From: Ginglymostoma cirratum
Taxonomy: Eukaryota
Assembly (NCBI GenBank): GCA_024137785.1
Contig: JAHRHZ010000282.1
Location: forward strand, 248,001 to 312,000
Length of the DNA stretch: 64,000 bases
Direction of reading: 5' to 3'
The translations under genes were made by a program, and so were the position numbers. The notes beneath the pieces were generated by a model. That model made no database searches. It saw nothing but the letters and a program-made list of their open reading frames with translations, and was not told where the DNA came from. This document shows, one piece after another, positions 50,068 through 61,653 of this stretch (its first letter is position 1; each line of letters starts with the position of its first letter).

Positions 50068-52966
50068 GACAGATTGGGAGTTCCGCTGGGCTGATTTTGA
50101 GATATCTGTTTCCTAACTCTGTGCTCCAATAAACCAAGATAAATGAAACGAGAGTAAAATACAACAGAAAGTTTGGAGCAGCAAAAGTTAAAGATGGTCA
50201 GACGCGAAGACAATTGGCTGTGCGGATGGAGGTGAAGGAAGCGTTTTTGGGAAGCCAGAGACATTGACGGAGGAAACGGAAAGGATGGACAGCAATAATA
50301 CTTGCAGAGGATAGAATGGTGTGAAATGGTTGAGGAAGAAAAGGAACGATGTGAAAAAAATAATCGAACATGATGCACAGAGTTTAAAGATCAAGCTAAA
50401 TCACAATTGAAGGAAACATGAAGAAAATGCACTGGCCTTTCCTTTAACATGGCTCTACTTCACTAAATACCCCACTGTCAACATTCTATAGGTTTCATTG
50501 ATCAGAAACTCATCTGGACTCACTGCAGAAACACAATAGCTACAAGAGCAGGCCAGAGGCGAGGAATCCTGCAACATTTCTCCTGACTCCCCAAAACCTC
50601 CCTTCCATCTAAAATGCACAGGTCAAGAGTATGATGGAATACTCCCCACTTGTCTGAAAGAGAGCAGCCCAACAACACTCCAAAAGCTTTACCCCATCGA
50701 AGACAAAGCAGCCTGCTTGATTGGCACAACATCCACAAACATCTGCTGCTTCCACCGCCGATGCTCAGTGTGTGCTATCGACAATATGCACTGCTGAAAT
50801 TCACCAGACAGCAACTTCCAAACCCACAACGACTTCAATCTGGAAGAACAAGGGACAACAGATATCTGGGAACATCACAATATTTAAGTTCCCCACCACG
50901 CCACTTACCATCCTGACTTGGAAATATATTGCTGTTCTTTCATTGTATCTCGGTCAAAATCCTAGAATTTCGTCCCTCAGTGCATTGCAGGTCAAACCAC
51001 AACAGGTGGACTGCACCTGTTCAAGAAGGCAAATCACCATCACCTTCTCAACGGAAACTAGGAACGGGTATAAATTCTTGTCTGGCTGCCACGCTGAAAC
51101 CCCACAAATTAATAAATAAAGCTAAAATCAATAGTAACACGATCTAATCATCTAATCCCTACAGTGTGGAAGAAGGGCATTGGGCCCATCGAGTCCACAC
51201 CAAGCCTTTGAAGAACATTCCACCAATCCCTGTACCCCTGAATCTCCTCTGGCTAAAAAACTTAACCTGTCGACTGTGGGAGGGAACCAAAGCACCCGCA
51301 GGAAATCCAAGCAGGCAAAGGGAGAGTGTGCAAACTCCCAAAGGCTGTTGCATGAGGCTGGTATCGAACCTTGATCTCTGCTTGTGTGTGGCAGGAGGGC
51401 TAAACATTTAGTCACTGCGTCTTAATCGAAAGAACGCTTCCATAAAATTCATCATTTGGTATTGCTCCACTCATAAATTGTTAACTTCCTGGCACCGCAA
51501 TCTTCCTAGAGGTCCAGCCAGAGTATGTTATATTCACATTCACTGAAACAGTATACAACGTTGTCTTCTTGTAGGCTCTTTGAGTCAGCTTCACCACTTT
51601 TCTTCCGATTTATTCTTGCGTCATCTGTAAACCGGGCAGTGGTACCTTCACTTCAATCAGACTTTGGATTGTGCACTGACGTATATCTCTACTGTTTCAC
51701 CATTCCCATTCAGATGAAGGAGACTTTCCCACAACGTATTTTTTAAAAAAAAATCAATTATTCTTTTATGGGCGTGACTGGCCACGCGAGTCTCTACCTC
51801 TAATTGCCCGTGACAATATGGCAAAGAGGCATCGATTTGAGCCACTGTAGTGCATCTGATACAGATACTGGAGTTACATTTACAATGACACTAAATAAAT
51901 TTAATCAAATCTGGAAACAATGGATCTTACCAGTAAGTGCATCAAAAGCAATATTTGATTCTACTGCTTCGTTGATTAGAAGTTTGCTTGTTTCTTTATA
52001 TATTTGGTTATTTTTCTCATTATTGTATCCAATCTCTCAGGGCCTCTGGTCCTCTGCATCAGTTGCAGGGAGTCATCAAAGTCCAAGAGCACCTTTTAAG
52101 TGGGGAAACACAGTTCTGATACTCGAACAAATGAACTAATTCCCGTGCCTGGTTTTGCTTACAGAAATAATAACTGTTCCGGGAAAACATTCGATTTGAT
52201 CTCTGTCGAAAACGCTGTTTGCTAATGAACAAATTTATTGTGCTCCTGAAATAACTGCACAGAGGCCGATATCCCGTCACCAAGTAACCCTTCATTTACA
52301 TATGCAGACTACACTGGCTGCTGCCAGCCAGCTTGGTGTCAGTCCCCTGAAATTAGAAGATTCAGAGCCTCCTGCTTATACCAATTTCCCAGGGCTCCCT
52401 GACTAGCTCAAGTTAATAAGCCCAACCATCGATCTCATTGTCAATGAGATCCACCTGTCTCCAAACGCTACAGTTCCTTAAGCAAAAATAAGAAAGAACT
52501 GCGGATGCTCGAAATCTGGAACAAAAGCAGGAATAGCTGGAGAAACTCAGCGGGTCGAGCAGCAACTGTGAAGAGAAAACTGAGTTAACGTTCCGGGTCC
52601 CATAAACCTTCTTCAGAACTTTGGTCCTTTCTCACAACAGCCATGATATGGAGTGTATTGAAAATAACAATTACTGCAGATGCTGAAGTCAGACACAACA
52701 ATGTGGAGCTAATGGAACTTCTCTGATGCTGCCTGACCTGTCATGTTCCTCCAGCTCCACACGGTGTTGTCAAAAGAGTTCGAAACTACTTGGTTCAATC
52801 GAGGAACAAAGGATCTTGAAGCTTATTGGCTGTCATCTGATGTGTTTGCCAACAATGAACCAATGAGTAGAGATCCGGAAATTACTCAGCCTGTTTCCAA
52901 CACTTGCTGAAACCCATCTTGTCTTCGGCCAGTTCTGCTCACTTTCATCGTGATCTCTCTGCAAAC

Positions 52967-53018
52967 ATGTCGCCTGGAGATCTATGTATACTTCTCACAA
53001 TAGCAGCTCTTCTAATCG
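52967..53018 (+). CDS. TRAV: Leader exon of the intact TCR alpha/delta V segment
   Basis: MSPGDLCILLTIAALLI + G|GTAGGT; phase 1, compatible with the acceptor at 53466. Confidence 0.85.
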
Positions 53019-53466
53019 GTAGGTTGAAAAGTTGTCTATTTCTATGCTTCAGCTCTTTGCCGTGAATTACATTTACTCAAGCAGTTCGGGCAACATGGAG
53101 GCAGAAATACATTCTCCCCAAATAAAAACCAACTGGATATAAACATGTCCCAACAATGAGCAGAGTTTGGGAGAAATGGGCAAATGCACCTGAGTGAATG
53201 ACAGTGGAAGAGTTAGGCTGGACATTCAGACAGGACTGAGGCCAAAGAGATTATTCAACCGAGGAGAGAGTTTTAAATCCACCAACAGTTTTCAGCTTTC
53301 CTTTTCAGTTTCAGGAATGAACTTGGAAATGACCTCCACATAATGGATTGTCGTTAGACTTCCCTGATTTATTTCTCATGTTAGTGGTGAAGGTTAACGG
53401 GCTGATTCTGAGCGATAGAATGTTGAAGTGTGTTATTCAATTTTCTAAAACTCTATGCTCTTACAG

Positions 53467-53770
53467 GACTATGTCTTGGAGATTCTGTCTCACAAACAGC
53501 GGCTGCAATTGCAGTGAATGAGGGTGATGATGTCCTGTTGTCCTGTAATTACTCTACAACAAGTAGCAACCCTTACCTGTTCTGGTACCGCCAACATTCC
53601 AGGGGGTCCATGCATTTTCTACTCCAGAAAAACCGATATTGTGAGAAACCGGCGACTTTTATCAAGGACAGGCTTTCCTTGGATTTTGATCATGTGAACC
53701 ATACTATCCAGATGGGATTGTTGAAAACAGAACTATCAGACTCCGCAGTGTATTTCTGCGCACTGAACCC
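53467..53770 (+). CDS. TRAV: T-cell receptor alpha(/delta) variable segment, apparently functional
   Basis: Open frame GLCLGDSVSQTAAAIAVNEGDDVLLSCNYSTTSSNPYLFWYRQHSRGSMHFLLQKNRYCEKPATFIKDRLSLDFDHVNHTIQMGLLKTELSDSAVYFCALN with canonical Cys, Trp and YFC. Confidence 0.92.
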
Positions 53771-53809
53771 CACAGACACTCAGAACTGAGCTGACCCTGT
53801 ACAAAAACT
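53771..53809 (+). other. 23-spacer RSS
   Basis: CACAGAC + 23 nt + ACAAAAACT. Confidence 0.9.
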
Positions 53810-56724
53810 CTGAGGGCGCCACTGATCACGATACTACGTCAGGCAAACAGCGAGATAGGAATGGATCTGAAGTGGTTCCCGAATTCACGGTGATGAATCA
53901 CACCTCTAATTCGGACACAAAACTTTAATCATTAGAAATCTATTCTTGAAATAAACTAATATCATCAGTTTCGTGAATATAAAACAAATTATTTACTTTG
54001 TGTCTTTCACGTTGTTCCAAATTACAGCGATGAGGTGCGATCGAAAATTCAGCAACTGGTTTTGATCCAGCAAAATCCTCCACTAATATAGAGAACTGGG
54101 TTTGAGAGACAATGACGTGGCTCGGGATGCTAATAATGAAACACTGGAGAAAACTGAATATTGTCAAGCACATTGTGGGTTCTTGCCCCTCTCCCTCACG
54201 TTACGGTTCCAGAATGGCAAGTGAGAGATGCATAGGTCCAGGATAATGCAGACTTGCTCGAAAATATGAGTAAGGGAGTGTGATGTAACTCATACCTGAA
54301 AAACTCACACAAATAATTAAAAGCATTTTATCGCAGCTGATTAAAGAGTCAGGTCCGCCAGTGAAAGTCTCAGTCACTTGAGTCTTTTGCTGTTAGGCTG
54401 AACGGAAATGAACATTTTTGATCACAGGTATAAATTTGTTCATCCTTTGCTAGAAATTCAGATCTGAACATTTAAGTTGTGCACAGACCAATGTGCTCCT
54501 CTTTTTCCTCTGGCGACATTTAAGAGAAACAGACTCATATTTTGATCGTGAGTCACAAAAGAGACGTTCCTGACTCTGGGTGTTCAAATACAGTGAAACC
54601 TGTTTCTGCAGATGACAGGATGCATGTGGGACATGGCATCCCTCAGGAGATAATGCATGCTGCACAGTCAGAATGCCACTTTCATTGTAAAACATGCTAA
54701 AGCCGTTGATCTGGATCACACATGTGAGGCGACATTTTGAGAAGTGAACTATCTTGAGAGTTTATGATCGGCAGCTTCACAAATGATTAATAGGAGTGCT
54801 CAGTCTATGTCTCAGTGCGCCATTGTACAGTGATACACTGCAGTGTCTGACAGCTGAGTTGCCACCAGCAATATTGTCATGACTTACTTTTGAATAATTT
54901 AAGTGAAAATGAACCAAGTGACGTTCGGTCATCGAGCAGTACAGCACAGAAACACAGAACGTCGGCCCACCATGTCTCGACTGACTACATTGCCGTTATA
55001 TACTAATTCTATTACCTACTCATAGTCCGCATCCTTTATTCCTTGCCGATTTGTGCACTTGCTAAATGCATATTAAACATAGTTAGCATATTTGCTTCTA
55101 CCCCTTCACTGTTAGCACATGCTTGGCACCTCGCACTCTCTGTGTAAAGTAAAGTGACTCGCACATCTCCTTTAAACTTTCTTCTCTCACTTTAGACCTA
55201 TGCCCCATAGTATTTGGCATTTTCTGCCGGGGAAAATGTTTCCAAATATCTACTCTTTCGTGCCTGTCATAATTTTATATACTTTTATCAAGTCGTCTCT
55301 CACATCTGACACTAATGCGAAAGTAATCTGGGCATATGCAAGCTCTCCTTCTCGCTGATACACTCCGACCAACGCAACATCCTGGTAAATATCTTTATGC
55401 ACCGTTTCCTATTGCGTGGCGACCAGTGCTGCACACAGCCAGTGTTGTTGCCACTGAGAGGTCGTAGAATGCAATTTTCGTGATTAATCTCTCACTGTCG
55501 CAGTGTCATGCTTCAACATCAATTGCAGAAAGCAATGAACCCAGTGTATATTCCCATCTTTTTTCCCGGATTCCATATAAAGCATTATTTCACAGACCAT
55601 TCATCCTCAGCACAACAAAATGAACGATCTCACAGCATACAATTAGATTCTGAAAACTGAAAGCTCATTACAATTTGTTCTGGTTAAAAAGAGTCCTTTT
55701 CTTTCAGCTTTAAAATGAGGCTGCACGATCTTCGTCTGTTCCTTTGAACATCTTTCTCTTCAATATTTTTTTCAGAACACTGTTGTGACTCTGGAATATT
55801 AGAGACACCATTCTCTCACATTGAACTCTGATGGTGAGGACATAACGATACTACATGCATTCCCGTCGCAAGAATGTACTGGCCTTTCTTCTGTCTCAAA
55901 CACTACAGCAGTTTATTTATTTTGTATTCTGCCCTTTAGACGTTGCTCAATGGTGATGAAAATATTTTTCATAATTTTACCATGCTCAACGCTGCTGGAG
56001 TTATCCTTTTCACTTAACATAAACTTCTTACATTGAAGGCATTTGGAATGCCAAGCAGTTATAAAGATTACCACGAAACAATCGCTCAGAGAATCTGAGT
56101 GCACATAGTCAATGACTACAGCAGGTATGTCTGTCTTAAAGCAGAACACAATTTGCTGATACTGCCATCCCTTTCCCTTGGGATCTACAAAGTACGGTGT
56201 TTCGCTTCTTCCTTTCCTTCCCAATATGTTAGGAATAAAGAGAGGGTGTGGGTTTTTTGAGAAATATCAGATAATGGCGCGGATACGTCTGATGGATTTC
56301 TCGTTTTTACTTGTGGGATAATTGTATCATTTTAGATCAAATTTATCAGCGTCCGTTTGGTGTTCATGGCTGAATTGGCAAGACAGTGATCTTCGTCACC
56401 TTGCAGATGTTGAAATCCTACCGGCTATGATTCACACCAGCCCTTCACTTGGAAAATGTCTAAGTAGGACAAGAAAACCCGCCCAGTTTGAGACGTGATG
56501 AGCACCGAGTTTGTAACATGCACTGGAGACATGCAGAAATCAAACATGATATCTCCCGGTGCAGCATAAGGCAGATGACCTGTTGCACTAGCAAGCATGC
56601 GGGGATTAGCTCATATCCGGCGATGTGTGCCTTTTGTGAACAGAAACATTTGATGGAATGGTAAAATTCACAAGCTGCAGAATCAGCAAAGATAATCGCT
56701 TTCACTGCTCAACTTCCATGGTTC

Positions 56725-57153
56725 TGTGGACTAATTGTATGTTGAGACTGTTTAATTTTGGCTGAGCAGTAATGAGTTAAAATAATACATGACTAGGAGC
56801 ATGAAGTAGAGAAACTTTGGCGTTACGAAACAATGCACATTGCTGTAATTGCAACCTGCCTTTCCCTCGCCTGTGAAGTCACGTAAGATGGATAGTAAAA
56901 AGGTAGAGCTCGAGCATCTGTGCACTCTTATCTGTTTGTCTAAGTAATGACCTTGCCTTGCTCAAACACAATACAAATGCTGTTTGTTTGAACTTGTTTG
57001 TACCACTGGATAAATTCTGCTTCTTTTTTATGCTTGTTGGAGTCTTCAGACCTGACCTTTTGTCAGCGTTGACGCTCCCCAAAACCACGAATAAAATCTC
57101 TTTACCTCGAAGTCTGGACCTTTGGTGTGTAATTTAATTCAGTCTCTTCGACA
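56725..57153 (+). mobile_element. Solo LTR (429 bp)
   Basis: TG...CA ends (tgtggac / ttcgaca), 5-bp TSD ggttc/gattc, AATAAA near 57090. Absent at the paralogous site in copy A (~7478). Confidence 0.75.
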
Positions 57154-59089
57154 GATTCTCTTTGAAAAGTGTGGAAATCTATGAATAAAAACTATCCGGA
57201 GGAAATGGAGTTTTTACTGATTTTCTCTACACACTAAAATACACTCGTTTGCAGATGTACATGGAAGATGATTGTCGCAAACTACACTAGGGTACCATTT
57301 GGACCTTCATATCCTGCCTACAGGTTCAAAACCTTTTTTCCTTTATTCGTAAAGTGGATGAGGGCGTTCCTGGCAAGACAACATTTATTGCACATTCCTA
57401 CTTGCCCAGAGGACAGTTAAAAGTCATCCACGTTGCTGTGGGTTTGGAGTCACATGTCGCCCAGACCAGGTAAGGATGGCAGGACACTTCCCCAAAAGAC
57501 ATCAGTGAACCAGATCGGTGTTTCCCCAACAATCGACAATAGATTCAGGGTTATCATTAGATTCGTACTCCCCGATATTTTACATAATTTAAACTCTACA
57601 TTCTAGCTTGGTGCGATTCGAACCTATGTCCCCAGACAGTTACGGGGGGCTCTGGAGTAACAGTACAACGATAACATCAGTACACTACTGCCTCCCCCAT
57701 AATTATGGATGAATGATTTCCTTTCCACTACTCATTCCACAGAACCCGCGTCTCCATCCTCCAAAGCATCCAGACTTATCCGGGCACCTTCTGAAAGCCT
57801 TTCTTTCTTCTCCTCTTTACCAGTAACTTAGCTGTATATCCCAGATCTTAACAATTCGCTGCATACAAGTTCACATTCTCACGACTAGTGTACCATTTAG
57901 CTGCAATCAATTTCCCCGAAATATTGATTGAAGCTGAGAAAATTCTTTTACAGCTAAGTTAAGATAATTTAGGGATCTCAGAGTAATACGCTTTGATTAA
58001 AGATAGGCAATACTTTCATCGTAATTGAATATGAAAAAAAATCTGTTACAGGTATGCAAATGCTTTTATTTTCTGATGGCTTTCATAGTTGGCCTCTGTT
58101 ATAACTGACTTCAGTTATAAAAGTCCTGATCGACAAAATGGCTGGGATGAGTCTTGAATGCTGTAAGTATTTTTATTTGTGTCTCTCATCTGTAGCAAAA
58201 AACTTCACTGTGCGCCAGATGCAACATAGAAATGGTTAAAATCGTGCACTTAGTCAAATCGTAGAGTTGTGCAAACAAAACTAATGGATTTTGTCAATGT
58301 ACACATTTTGTTCATTATCTTTCAGTTTACCATTAGATTATCATTAGTTGTGTTTCCACTTATTACCTGTGCACCATAATAATAAAACAAGGAACTACGG
58401 ATGTTGTAGATTTGAAACAAAACACAAATTGCTTACGAAACTCAGCAGGTCTGTCAGCAGCTGTGAGGAGAAATGAGAATCAACTTATCAAGTCCGGTGA
58501 CTCTTCATCAGAACAGTATGCCCCAGTTGACTGTCCATGAGAAATTAAAGGTACGTCTTGAGGTCAACCCTACAGTCCCATTTTCAACATCTACGAGTAT
58601 TGGAGCCTCCATGGTTCCAATTTCTACTTGAGTTCGAACAATAACCACCAGACTTCTTATTCACATTCAAATCCCAAGAAAAGATTACACAATTTTTAAT
58701 ATACTTTTTTAAATAGACTAAACATATGTTTTAATTATTTAGTGATATTCAAAACAAATAAATGACAATGTAGATGTCCACAGAAGTTTCAATAGAGGAG
58801 GAAGAATTTCTCCTCATCATAATATAGTTTTCCTTGAAGAATGAATAGCAGTCATTCAACATTTCAGTGACTGAAAATTGACGCACCTCATTTGTCCGAA
58901 TCGCCCACTAGGTGGTGCACTTCCCCCATTAGGAATATCCACGCAGGGACAAGAGAGAAAAGGTTGTTGGGAACTGGCAAAAGTAATTAATTGTCTAAAA
59001 TACACGCAAAAAATACTTACTGTATGACTTGATTAATATTTATCACCTTAATCAATAACATTGATTTTTTTTTGTGGTGGGGGAAGGTG

Positions 59090-59457
59090 NNNNNNNNNNN
59101 NNNNNNNNNNNNNNNNNNNNNNNNNNNNNNNNNNNNNNNNNNNNNNNNNNNNNNNNNNNNNNNNNNNNNNNNNNNNNNNNNNNNNNNNNNNNNNNNNNNN
59201 NNNNNNNNNNNNNNNNNNNNNNNNNNNNNNNNNNNNNNNNNNNNNNNNNNNNNNNNNNNNNNNNNNNNNNNNNNNNNNNNNNNNNNNNNNNNNNNNNNNN
59301 NNNNNNNNNNNNNNNNNNNNNNNNNNNNNNNNNNNNNNNNNNNNNNNNNNNNNNNNNNNNNNNNNNNNNNNNNNNNNNNNNNNNNNNNNNNNNNNNNNNN
59401 NNNNNNNNNNNNNNNNNNNNNNNNNNNNNNNNNNNNNNNNNNNNNNNNNNNNNNNNN
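59090..59457. other. Assembly gap (N run)
   Basis: Run of N. Confidence 1.
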
Positions 59458-60013
59458 GGTCGTGAGACTTTATCTGGATCTGCTGATAGTGTGAAAGATA
59501 TAAGCTAAATCTGAGCATTACTGAATTATCGCACAGATCGTATGATCAAGACATAAAATGAAAACGACCGAGATCATTGTTGATGACATAATGGGCTGTT
59601 CATCAGTACAGTATCAAAGTGAAGTTAAATGTGAGAGATTCAGATAAACCGATGCAATAACCCCGAGACATGAATGAGGGCGACGGAACAAAGGATTGAC
59701 AGAAGAATGGCTACTGAGAGGGAAGGACATAAAGAGATGAATATCAAATGAAATGTCAAAGACCATTAGAAATCTGAAATACTGATCACGAACACAGGCT
59801 GTGGTTTAGCGTCTCACCCTGAAATACACAGCTTCTGGTAGTTTTACATTCTGTTAGTTTTCGCAACAACGGATTTCAAGGCTGAAAATGTTAGTGTTCA
59901 TTTCTCGAGTGGAAAAGCATAAACACACAAATATTTTTAAAATTTGAGTGAGAGAAAAAGAGAATGCATTGCACACTGAGCCAATCTGACAAAAGCAAAA
60001 CAACATGACAAAA

Positions 60014-60909
60014 TTATTTGCACCCAGCGAGAGATGTGAAGGGAGAGAACAGAACCTTCTTCAGCTCGTCTCGGAACGTCTTCTGGGATACTGCGTAAAT
60101 GAAGACGTTGTTGCAGGAACTGAGTATCTGCAGCATGTTGGTCGTCTCTTGGAGAATGAACTGTGGGTCAGTGAAATCCAAGCCACTGAAGTAGGTTTCA
60201 CCGGCAACCTGCACATAGAGGAAGCGCCCGACATAGGTGACCCAGAGAAGGAGGAAGCTCAGCGAGATAGTGAAGAGCAGTACAATAGACCTCTTGCGAT
60301 TGGCCATCTCTGGGTCTCCGTGTCTCCCTTTGTTCCGGATCTTTTTTCGGGCACTGTTGGCCACCAAGATGCATCTGACAGTCAAAGCATTGAGTAGCAG
60401 AACAAGAAGCAACGGGAGAACAGGCGTCAAGATGTGATTCAGCCAGTCATAGGATTTCCATGCAGGTGAATTATAGTATGCATCTCTGAATTCACAGAAC
60501 CAGGACACACCATCCACAATGTACAAAGGTTGGAATACGAAGTAGGAAGGCAGGTTCTTGACGGAGCTGAGGACACAAACCACTCCGATGAACAATGAGG
60601 CCGTTTTCTCAGTGCAGTACCTGGTCTTCAGACTCTGGCAGCAAATGGCGACGAATCGGTCGATGGTGAAGGCCACTGTGAGCCAGACTGAACCATCTCG
60701 GCTGGCATAGATCATCACAGTGCTGAGTGCGCAGGCGTTTGTCGTGGACAGGGCACTGTGCCGGAAATAAATGCCGCCGATTCGATTGAGGATGCACCCC
60801 GTGATGATGACAAGAAAATCACTCACTGCTATCCCCACCAAATAATAGGTGGTGCACCGAGAGAGTCCGCACCGTCCTCGTAAAAGTACGACGATCGCCA
60901 GCAAGTTGG
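60014..60909 (-). CDS. GPR139-like class A GPCR, exon 2 (intact; 321 aa with exon 1)
   Basis: Open 7TM frame: ANLLAIVVL, IAVSDFL, SVWLTVAFTIDRFVAIC, ECL2 WFC, LNALTV, SIVLLFTISLSFLLLW, TNMLQILSSCNNVFIY. The motif pattern resembles GPR139/GPR142 (SIWITVPLTIDRY, ANMLALL..AINFFLY). CTCACAG acceptor. Confidence 0.92.
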
Positions 60910-61225
60910 CTGTGAGAAATTTCAAAATATGACTGTACTAAATCGAGTGTTCACTAGATATAGTTTTAATGCTTAAAATAACGACAGATCTGCAGTGAAT
61001 TCCTTCGAAATTATCATGAAATCTGTGCCGAAAAATGTCGAGCACAATGATAGCGGATTATGCCAAATAACACCAATAACATTAGATTTCAGTTTCCAGC
61101 ATAACAATGGCATTTAATCTTGAGCAGTTCATCTGCTTAATGTTCAGTCAATGCTACACTTTGCAATTCAAAAATCAATAATCAAACAATTGTTCTCTAA
61201 TTTCTCAGTGTAACAGTTAGATATA

Positions 61226-61405
61226 ATAAAAACTAAAAGAACTGCGGAAGCTGTAAATCAGGAACAAAAACAAAGTTGCTGGAAAAGCTCAGCAGGTCTG
61301 GCAGCATCTGTGGAGGAGAAAACAGAGTTAACGTTTCGGGTCCAGTGACCCGTCCTGAGGGAGGGTGACCGGACCCGAAACGTCAACTCTGTTTTCCCCT
61401 CCACA
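61226..61405. mobile_element. Small Penelope-repeat foldback in the GPCR intron, with a hammerhead-like core
   Basis: Inverted arms centred near 61355; ctgagga-gggtgaccggaccc-gaaa-cgtc. Absent from the copy A intron. Confidence 0.6.
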
Positions 61406-61583
61406 TTTTAGATATAATCTTGCGTCTTGTAAATGGGTGCCATTCAGTATAACTTAACATTTTGCATGTGTATATATGAACTTGGGCCGAGGTTCCTTCA
61501 ACTGGGAATATCACACAAACCCTGATATTGAACAGAAAGATTTTGTTGCACTTAAAAACAAATATTTGGAACCTGTTACTTAC

Positions 61584-61653
61584 CAGGGATACCAATAACA
61601 GCAAGAGTTGGATAATAAATGGCATAGAACGGGCCATTTGCTGGGCCGTGCAT
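61584..61653 (-). CDS. GPR139-like GPCR, exon 1
   Basis: MHGPANGPFYAIYYPTLAVIGIP + G|GTAAGT; phase 1, joining in frame to exon 2 (G+CC = Ala) inside TM1. Confidence 0.9.
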
